Below, piece by piece: positions 9,169 to 15,477 of a stretch of 32,000 bases of DNA. The notes below the pieces were generated by a model, which saw only the letters and a program-made list of their open reading frames with translations, ran no database searches and had not been told where the DNA came from. Within the stretch, counting starts at the first letter, position 1, and each line of letters starts with the position of its first letter. The position numbers were made by a program, and so were the translations under genes. The DNA is from Candidatus Nanohalobium constans (GTDB lineage Archaea > Nanohalarchaeota > Nanosalinia > Nanosalinales > Nanosalinaceae): assembly GCF_009617975.1 (NCBI RefSeq), contig NZ_CP040089.1, forward strand, positions 1 through 32,000, given 5' to 3'.

Positions 9169-10416
9169 ATGAAATTTAGAACTTCTAAGGGGCAGTCTGC
9201 GATTGAGTATCTCACAACCTATGGTTGGATGCTTCTTGTAGTCGCTATTGTTGGTGGTGCTGTTTTTACAACTGTTCAAGGTGGTTCTAGTTTGGATTCT
9301 AGTGGTTTTGATGCTGGTAGTGGTGTTGCCTTTGTTGAAGGTGGTTTAACCAGCAGCAATAGTTTTCAAATGGCTTTACGTAACCAAGAAGCTGAGGAAA
9401 TACAGGTGGAAAAAATAACTTTAACCAATGAAGAAGGAAACAAGGTTGTTGCCCGACCAGACAAAACCTTGCCAGTTGGAGAAGAAAAAACATTTAATAC
9501 AATCGGCTTAGCTGAAACCAGTGGACAAAACAGTGTTAATGTTGAGATTACTTATGATAGTGGCGGTTTGGATAATTTAGCGGTTAACGGCAGTATCACC
9601 GGCGCCTTCTCTCTGGATACTGAACAAGCAGAACCTGGGAATGGCGAATGGGTGTTTGTTGATGTTTCTGAGGTTAATCAGTCGACTGTTGATACTAGTG
9701 GTATGTCTGATTTCTATATTATGAAGTATGAGGCTTCTCGGAGTGATGCGACTGATAGCAGCGAAGGTACAAGCGATGTTCCGGCTTCTCAACAGGGCGT
9801 TGTCCCGTGGACTGAGATAAGTATGAACTATGATTCCAGTAGGGCAGATCCGGGTACAGATCCTGGGGCTTTGGAGGCCTGTGAAGCAGCAGGCTTCAAT
9901 TTGCCAAGTAATAGGCAGTGGCAGGCTGCTACGATGGCGGAGATTGGTAATGAATCTTCTCAGCCTTTAGGTAACACAAACAATAATGAGGACAGTAATG
10001 GGGATCAGGGAACGATAGATCCAACAAGTCATGACTGGAACAATGATGGAGAGAAAGACAGAACATTAACCGGTTCTGGTCCGGATACATGGGCTAATAC
10101 TATTGGAGTTCATGATTTGAATGGTAATGTGTGGGAGTGGACATCTACTGTGGTTGACCAATCACATCCGATGCATAAAGGCGGTAGTGAGGGTCATGTC
10201 TCGTCTTGGAACAATAATGGTTACCCTGAATCTCTTGGTAGCAGTAATTCCGATTTCGGGGGTGACTACTACTGGTCTTCGAGTAATGATACTCGTGCCG
10301 TTCGGCGCGGTGGTTACGCGCGCAGTGGTGCGGACGCCGGCGTGTTCTCCATGATCCTGCGCGACGATCCTTCGGGCTCGGGCAGGGGCACCGGGTTCCG
10401 GTGTTCTTTGAGTTGA
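9169..10416 (+). CDS. Class III signal peptide (archaeal type IV pilin-like) protein fused to an FGE/SUMF1-family domain
   Basis: The N-terminus MKFRTSKG/QSAIEYLTTYGWMLLVVAIVGGAVF has a prepilin-peptidase-type KG/Q site, a Glu at +5 and a hydrophobic helix. From about residue 165 there are FGE-sulfatase motifs FYIMKYE, VVPWTEIS, LPSNRQWQAA, HDLNGNVWEWTS, VRRGG and GFRC. Confidence 0.85.
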   Translation: MKFRTSKGQSAIEYLTTYGWMLLVVAIVGGAVFTTVQGGSSLDSSGFDAGSGVAFVEGGLTSSNSFQMALRNQEAEEIQVEKITLTNEEGNKVVARPDKTLPVGEEKTFNTIGLAETSGQNSVNVEITYDSGGLDNLAVNGSITGAFSLDTEQAEPGNGEWVFVDVSEVNQSTVDTSGMSDFYIMKYEASRSDATDSSEGTSDVPASQQGVVPWTEISMNYDSSRADPGTDPGALEACEAAGFNLPSNRQWQAATMAEIGNESSQPLGNTNNNEDSNGDQGTIDPTSHDWNNDGEKDRTLTGSGPDTWANTIGVHDLNGNVWEWTSTVVDQSHPMHKGGSEGHVSSWNNNGYPESLGSSNSDFGGDYYWSSSNDTRAVRRGGYARSGADAGVFSMILRDDPSGSGRGTGFRCSLS

Positions 10417-10442
10417 AAACTCTGTAGGGTTTTCATGTCGCA

Positions 10443-10533
10443 GAAATTCTCCCAGAGAATTTCGAGTCCTGATTGCTGAGTGCTCGAAAATCACTGAGTG
10501 ATTTTCTGTGAATGCACAAAATCTTCGATTTTG
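10443..10533. repeat. Three perfect palindromes with 3-nt centres and a shared half-site GAAA(A/T)TC
   Basis: The palindromes are GAAATTCTC-cca-GAGAATTTC (10443-10463), GAAAATCAC-tga-GTGATTTTC (10486-10506) and CAAAATC-ttc-GATTTTG (10517-10533). An alternative 7-bp pairing, TTTCGAG (10460-10466) with CTCGAAA (10483-10489), overlaps the first two. Confidence 0.6.
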
Positions 10534-10643
10534 GAATGCTGGGTTGCGAGGTGATCAGAATGGGTGAAGTGGATTTTACTGGTTTGCAGCCCTGTGAGAA
10601 TTGGGTGTCTGTGTTCTTCCAATAAAAGGCTTCGGACATAACT

Positions 10644-10667
10644 TGTTTTTACTTGGTATTTTTTTTT
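10644..10667 (+). terminator. T5 plus T9 tracts, a candidate oligo-T terminator
   Basis: TTTTT lies within 10646-10650 and a T9 run at 10659-10667, about 240 nt after the pilin-FGE stop codon. Confidence 0.35.
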
Positions 10668-10751
10668 GGCTGCCTATTGGTCAGCAGGCATGACGGGAAA
10701 GGGACCCTGGATGAGTGCGTCTGTGTTACCAGGCAGCCAAATCTTGTTTTT
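10668..10751 (+). ncRNA. Candidate small structured RNA of unknown class
   Basis: An 8-bp closing stem GGCTGCCT (10668-10675) / AGGCAGCC (10731-10738) is extended by GGT/ACC and CAG/CTG and an inner CAGG/CCTG helix. It is followed by a T5 run at 10747-10751 and preceded by the T9 run. I recognise no known family. Confidence 0.2.
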
Positions 10752-10804
10752 GGTTTTGTGGTGTGTTGTAGTAATATAAACTATTTGATTCTATTGTTGT
10801 TTAG

Positions 10805-11134
10805 ATGGTAAGAAGATTTTATGGTTTGGCGGTGGTATTTTTGTTGGCTGTGGGCTTTTCTGGGTCTGCGGTGTCTGTTAGTTTGGAGTCTTCTGGTTCT
10901 GAGGTTTTGGATAATTATTCTGAGGGCTCCAGCAGGGATGTTGAGCAGGAGATTAAGGAGAGGGTTAATATTTCGTCCGAGTCTGAGAGTGTTAATGTGA
11001 CGGAGGAGATTGAGGAACGGACTAATGAGGAGATTAGGAAGATTAAGCAGGAAGAGTCTCAGAAGGTTACAGGTAAGGCTACGGAGCAAAAGTCTGAAGG
11101 GTTTTTATCTATGATAATGAGTCTTTTTGGTTGA
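10805..11134 (+). CDS. Small secreted or membrane-associated acidic protein
   Basis: The N-terminus MVRRFYGLAVVFLLAVGFSGSAVS has an RR plus a hydrophobic core and may be a Tat or Sec signal. The body is E/S-rich and the C-terminus has a short hydrophobic tail. Confidence 0.6.
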   Translation: MVRRFYGLAVVFLLAVGFSGSAVSVSLESSGSEVLDNYSEGSSRDVEQEIKERVNISSESESVNVTEEIEERTNEEIRKIKQEESQKVTGKATEQKSEGFLSMIMSLFG

Positions 11135-11138
11135 ATAA

Positions 11139-11384
11139 ATGGCAGAGTTCTATGTAAAGGTTGAACCAGGTTCTGAGTCTTTCAGCGTTGAGCAAGCATA
11201 TATTACGAAGGTTTCTCTTACTGAGCCTGCTGAGAATGGTAGAGCAAACGCCGAACTAATAAGAGAACTTGAGAGTATTCTAGGTGAGAAACCAGCGATA
11301 ATTTCTGGACATCGTTCTAGGAGGAAGAAGTTGAAGGTTGATATTTCTGAAGAAAAAGTAGAGGAAAAATTAAGGAGTTTTTAG
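11139..11384 (+). CDS. DUF167 / YggU-family protein
   Basis: The 81-aa product has VKVEPGSE...GRANAELIRELESILG...ISGHRSRRK, matching the YggU pattern (V.V.P.a...GKAN..L...L...I..G..S..K). Confidence 0.75.
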   Translation: MAEFYVKVEPGSESFSVEQAYITKVSLTEPAENGRANAELIRELESILGEKPAIISGHRSRRKKLKVDISEEKVEEKLRSF

Positions 11385-12124
11385 GCAATTGCTTGTTTGA
11401 TGAATGGTATTGCGTACATTATCGCTGTTCCTATGGTAAACATGACTAGGTGTGGTGCGATGTGTGTGTCTGATTCTTTGAACCTCGGTAGTAGGTCGCT
11501 TCCTGCGATGTAGATGAAGTTGCCGATGACTAGTGGAAGTAGTAGTGCTACTATGTTTCCTGAAACTGTTGAAAGAGCCAGGACTAGTCCTGCTCCTAGG
11601 AACATGAATAGGCTGACTAGTATGTTGGCTCCGATTGCTTTCTCTCTCGAGAATCCACCTTCTAGTAGTACTCCGAAGTCTCCTACTTCTTTCGGTACTT
11701 TGTGTGCAGCTATTGCTACCGTTGATGCGATCCCTGCAGACGTTGATGCCAGGAAACTGGTTGTAATCAAGATGCCATCCAAAACATTATGCACTCCATC
11801 TCCAGCCAGTAGTACGTAGCTGAATGGTTCTTCGTGTAGGTCTTGGTTGTGGCAGTGCCAGTGGACTGTTCTCTCCAGTATCAGTGAGAATGCTATTCCT
11901 GCCATTACGAGTAATCCGGTTTCTCGTGTGTAGCCGATTGGATTGGCTAGTCTGTAGATTAGGTGTATGAATACGCCTCCGAATATTGTGCCTGCTGAGA
12001 GGCTGATCAGGTATTCTACTAGGTTGTCTACTTTGTCTTTGCTGAGGAATAGGAAGAATGCTCCTATTGCTGAAAGTATGGAGGTAAGTAGTAATGCCGT
12101 GCCGATGTCAGTTAAAGTACTCAT
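11381..12124 (-). CDS. ZIP-family divalent metal transporter (ZupT/GufA-like)
   Basis: The protein is polytopic, with the ZIP signatures HNVLDGI and AAHKVPKEVGDFGVLL. It is divergent from a NikR-like regulator gene. Confidence 0.85.
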   Translation of the reverse strand: MSTLTDIGTALLLTSILSAIGAFFLFLSKDKVDNLVEYLISLSAGTIFGGVFIHLIYRLANPIGYTRETGLLVMAGIAFSLILERTVHWHCHNQDLHEEPFSYVLLAGDGVHNVLDGILITTSFLASTSAGIASTVAIAAHKVPKEVGDFGVLLEGGFSREKAIGANILVSLFMFLGAGLVLALSTVSGNIVALLLPLVIGNFIYIAGSDLLPRFKESDTHIAPHLVMFTIGTAIMYAIPFIKQAIA

Positions 12125-12142
12125 GTTAAAACATACATGTTA
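12122..12142. promoter_or_regulatory. Candidate operator in the ZIP/NikR divergent promoter
   Basis: The sequence CATGTTAAAACATACATGTTA contains CATGTTA twice (12122-12128 and 12136-12142). It also contains the inverted units ATGTT-aa-AACAT-ac-ATGTT. Confidence 0.25.
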
Positions 12143-12176
12143 TTAAGTTTTTGAAGTTTCCTATTAATTTAGTGTT

Positions 12177-12563
12177 ATGGAAATAATAAGTCTATCTCTG
12201 GATGAAGAAACATTGGAGAAAATCGATGAGATACAGGAGGAAGCTAGTTTCAATGGTCGTAGCGAACTTATCAGGAAGGCTGTTGAGAATCTGCATCAGG
12301 AAGTAGAGGATAACCAGAGTTTAGAGGGAGAGTTAAATGCTGTTATTGTGGTGAGGCATCCGCATAAGAAGGAGGAAAGGATTGCACATATTTCACATGA
12401 TTTTGATGATGTTGTAACCACGCAGCTCCACAGTAAGCTGGATGGTCAGGTATGTCTTGAGGTGTTCCATACTAATGGGAAAGCTGAGAGAGTGATTAAC
12501 TTCTATAACGAGCTGGAGGGCAGTAAGCATACGGAGTCGGTGAACATGCTGCCTCAGAATTAG
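12177..12563 (+). CDS. nikR: NikR-family ribbon-helix-helix metal-responsive regulator
   Basis: The N-terminal RHH is ISLSLDEETLEKIDE...GRSELIRKAVENL. The C-terminal ACT-like domain is His/Cys-rich (HPH, HISH, QLHSKLDGQVCLEVFH). Confidence 0.75.
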   Translation: MEIISLSLDEETLEKIDEIQEEASFNGRSELIRKAVENLHQEVEDNQSLEGELNAVIVVRHPHKKEERIAHISHDFDDVVTTQLHSKLDGQVCLEVFHTNGKAERVINFYNELEGSKHTESVNMLPQN

Positions 12564-12626
12564 TAGGTTTATTTTCAGTTTGTTGGGTTGTGAAAGAATA
12601 AAAAATCGGGATGTTATATTCTGGTT

Positions 12627-12947
12627 ATGGAGAATGAGCAAAAGTTGTTTGAGGCGATTGATAATTTGCAGTTTGCTGATGATGAGATTGTCCAGGTTGA
12701 AGGTGATTTGAGGGATGTGAAGAGTAGGGTTGCTCGGGCGTTTCAGCAGGCTGATAATCTTGCTAATGCGGAGACTGTTGAGGAGAAGCAGGAGGAGTTT
12801 GATACTATTGTGAGTGATATTGAGGATGCTGATCAGGAGCTTCAGCAGGTTGAGGAAGTTGTTGAGGATATTCGCCGCCAGTTAAGTGTTGTTTTTGGTG
12901 AGATTGAGCAGTGGAAGGAGTCTAGTGAGCTTTCTGATCTCAGGTAA
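12627..12947 (+). CDS. Hypothetical acidic coiled-coil protein
   Basis: The 106-aa ORF is very acidic and purine-rich on the coding strand, as real genes are here. No motif is recognised. Confidence 0.55.
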   Translation: MENEQKLFEAIDNLQFADDEIVQVEGDLRDVKSRVARAFQQADNLANAETVEEKQEEFDTIVSDIEDADQELQQVEEVVEDIRRQLSVVFGEIEQWKESSELSDLR

Positions 12948-13004
12948 GGATTATTTTTTCCCGCTTGGTTAGACTGATTAATCTTCAGATGCATATCTGT
13001 CTTT

Positions 13005-13373
13005 ATGAAGTTAGATCATACGATGCTGAGGGTTTCTAACCCGGAAAAGGTAATTGAGTTCTATGAAGAGGCTTTTGGATTTGAACTTGTTAGGGAATCT
13101 GAGAATGATACTTTCACACTGTACTTCCTGCGGATTCCGGGTCAGGATGAGGTGCTGGAGCTTACTTACAATCATGGTGTGGACGACCGGTATGAGAAGG
13201 GTGAAGGTTTCGGTCATATCGCCATTAGAACGGATGAGGGTCAGTCTCTAAAAGATGCCTATCGGAAGGCTGTTGATGCTGGCGGTGAGGACTACCGTCC
13301 GCCGGGGGAATGTCCTGGTAACTATGGTTTTGTCAAGGATCCGGAAGGGTATGAGGTTGAGATCTTGGGTTAG
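13005..13373 (+). CDS. gloA: Glyoxalase I / VOC-family lactoylglutathione lyase
   Basis: Motifs HTMLRV, LELTYNHG, GFGHIAI and FVKDPEGYEVEIL are present. Confidence 0.88.
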   Translation: MKLDHTMLRVSNPEKVIEFYEEAFGFELVRESENDTFTLYFLRIPGQDEVLELTYNHGVDDRYEKGEGFGHIAIRTDEGQSLKDAYRKAVDAGGEDYRPPGECPGNYGFVKDPEGYEVEILG

Positions 13374-13954
13374 TCTAGATGGCAGTATTCGATTATTTCT
13401 TCTCCCCATTCTTCGTCGGCGTTGTTCAGCAGCTGGTTGATTTCATCGTTGTTTACGTTGACTGTTTTGGGTTCTTCGTGTTTTCTGTCTTTGTATCCTT
13501 GTAGTGTCCAGTTTTCTTGGGTCTGGTTGTATGTGGCGAGGTATTGCTGTCCTGTATGTGGATGTAGTTCTTGTGTATCCGCAAGGTTATGTTCTTCGAC
13601 TATGGTGTTGTCGATGCCGTATGCTAGTCTGCATTCTTCCTGAAATTCTTGTTCGATCTGTTCTTGTCGCTTTTCTATGCTGTACGGGAATTTTTTGGTT
13701 TTGATATCTAGTTCTTTTAGTATGCTGGCGTCTACTACTGTAGTCCCTATTCCTGAAGCGCCTACTGCTACTAGAATGTTTCTTCTCCTTTTATTTACTT
13801 CTCCTTCTTCATCTTCGATTCCTAGGTGTTTGTATGTGCTGTGTCTTAGCTTGTTTCCTGCTTCCTTGATTTGGTTGTAGCCAGGTATTTTGGTGTTTTC
13901 ACTTGTTTTTTGTTCTGCCTGTCCTGTGAATTCTTCAGGGTCAGGTTTTTTCAC
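13370..13954 (-). CDS. Hypothetical bitopic membrane protein
   Basis: The GTG start overlaps the upstream stop as GTGA. KRRRN followed by ILVAVGASGIGTTVV at residues 55-75 suggests an N-in transmembrane anchor with a C-terminal domain of about 120 aa outside. There is no in-frame alternative start before the RRR. Confidence 0.6.
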   Translation of the reverse strand: MKKPDPEEFTGQAEQKTSENTKIPGYNQIKEAGNKLRHSTYKHLGIEDEEGEVNKRRRNILVAVGASGIGTTVVDASILKELDIKTKKFPYSIEKRQEQIEQEFQEECRLAYGIDNTIVEEHNLADTQELHPHTGQQYLATYNQTQENWTLQGYKDRKHEEPKTVNVNNDEINQLLNNADEEWGEEIIEYCHLD

Positions 13955-15045
13955 TGTGGTGCCACTGGTTTTGGGTCTTTGTCTGTTTTTGAGGGGTTTT
14001 TGTCGTTGAAGTAGTGTTCGGGGGATGTTTCTTCCGGTGTAAGTCCTTTGTTGACTGTGTCTGTCAGTGCTTCTTCAACTGTTTCGTAGTTGTTCTCGTT
14101 TACTACGTTTGAAAGCCCTTCCAGTCCTTGTTTCATTGCTTCTGCTCTTTCTGATGCGTTTGAAAGGTTTTGGTCGTCGAGGTAAGGTGTTGCGGTGTTG
14201 ACTAGTTTTTCCATGCTTTCTTGGTAGGAGTCTAGTTTGTCTAGATACTGTTTGACGAGTTTGGACTGTGCGCTTATTGCTTCTCCGCTTGTTTTTATTG
14301 CTGAGGACCGGTCGATTAACGTGTTGTTGTGGGTTTTTTCAAGCAGGTTTTGCCTTGAGTCTGCGATGTTTCTAAGTATGTCGAATTCACCTTCATTTGC
14401 TCTTGCGGTTCCTCCTAGCTGTTCTGATAGTTTTCGGGCGTCATCGTATATTTGCTGTGTGTACTGTTCGACGGCGCCTGATAGTTCCTCTTTGAGTGCG
14501 TTTGTTTCTGCTTCTAGTTGTGAGTTCTTTGTGTCGAGTATGCTTTTGGCGTTTGCTGATTGGACTACTGACTGAGCGTATGTGTCTGCTTCTTCTGCAC
14601 CTAGAAGTTCTCCAACTGTCTCTGAGCCGAATTCCTTTAGTGCTGCTTCGCTTCTCTCTATCTCTGATTCACGGGCAGTGATCTTCTCCCCTAGTTCATT
14701 GACGTAGTCTAACAGGTTGTCTGCCCCTATATTTATGGTGTCGCTCTCTGAGAAAAGTCCTTTGGTCAGTCCTTCTACGCCTCTGTTAACCTGTACGCCG
14801 GAAACGTCAATCTCCTCATCCTCAAGCGAGTAAGATTCCTCGCCAGGCTCAAGCATTTTTTCGTAAGCCCTCTCAGCCTTCAGCTCATATTTTTCGTTGA
14901 TGTCCTCAAACTTCTGGTTAATCTCATTTTCCTGTTCGAAAATGCTGTCAACAGCAGAATCTACCTGCTCAAAGTCGTTGCTGGAGCCTATACCTAGTTT
15001 TTCTTTCGCTTTGCCAACCAGATTTTTCGCATAGCTTAACACCAT
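13951..15045 (-). CDS. Hypothetical acidic coiled-coil protein
   Basis: The 364-aa ORF has no TM segment or signal peptide and contains long heptad-like E/Q/L/A-rich segments. It is translationally coupled to the downstream membrane protein. Confidence 0.7.
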   Translation of the reverse strand: MVLSYAKNLVGKAKEKLGIGSSNDFEQVDSAVDSIFEQENEINQKFEDINEKYELKAERAYEKMLEPGEESYSLEDEEIDVSGVQVNRGVEGLTKGLFSESDTINIGADNLLDYVNELGEKITARESEIERSEAALKEFGSETVGELLGAEEADTYAQSVVQSANAKSILDTKNSQLEAETNALKEELSGAVEQYTQQIYDDARKLSEQLGGTARANEGEFDILRNIADSRQNLLEKTHNNTLIDRSSAIKTSGEAISAQSKLVKQYLDKLDSYQESMEKLVNTATPYLDDQNLSNASERAEAMKQGLEGLSNVVNENNYETVEEALTDTVNKGLTPEETSPEHYFNDKNPSKTDKDPKPVAPQ

Positions 15046-15477
15046 TCTAATTACCTAACTTCAGATTCCAACTCTGTATAAAAACCATTTATTACGTTTC
15101 TAAAGCTGTAAAGAACTGAATAAGTGTTCTCAAATGTAACAAATTTTCATGTTTACTTTAGGACTTGTTAATTAACTCATTTTTCATTTTAATCTTTTTC
15201 TATAGGATTTGATACTATATATTTGTCTTTTTTCTGGTTAACGTCTTGATTTCAATTTTTTAGCTTGTTCTAAGAACTTGTGTTCCTTAAAGTATATTTT
15301 AAACGAAAAATATGGGTTTATAATCTGTAGCCGGTTTTATGTGTATGCTGATTTGGACTAGGTTTGATTTACTGGTTTTTTGTGAAAATCTGAGCTACGG
15401 GAGCGATGATTCCCAAGGGTTTCCTGTTAATTTCCTAATTAAACAGGGTTTCAGAACTAAGGAGGTGAATTTTTGAT

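Noticed and set aside
10162-10639. Minus-strand ORFs of 110 and 68 aa across the 3-prime end of the pilin-FGE gene and the palindrome array
   Set aside because: The first is antisense to the conserved FGE core within the GC-rich patch, which inflates ORF length. The second runs through the perfect palindromes. Both are basic, R/P/T-rich and unlike local proteins.
10668-10738. Possible tRNA (7-8 bp acceptor-like closing stem, about 71 nt)
   Set aside because: There are no D-arm or T-arm helices and no GTTCRANYC T-loop. The nearby TTCGAGTCC at 10461-10469 has no flanking T-stem or acceptor pairing. I found no canonical tRNA anywhere in the window by eye.
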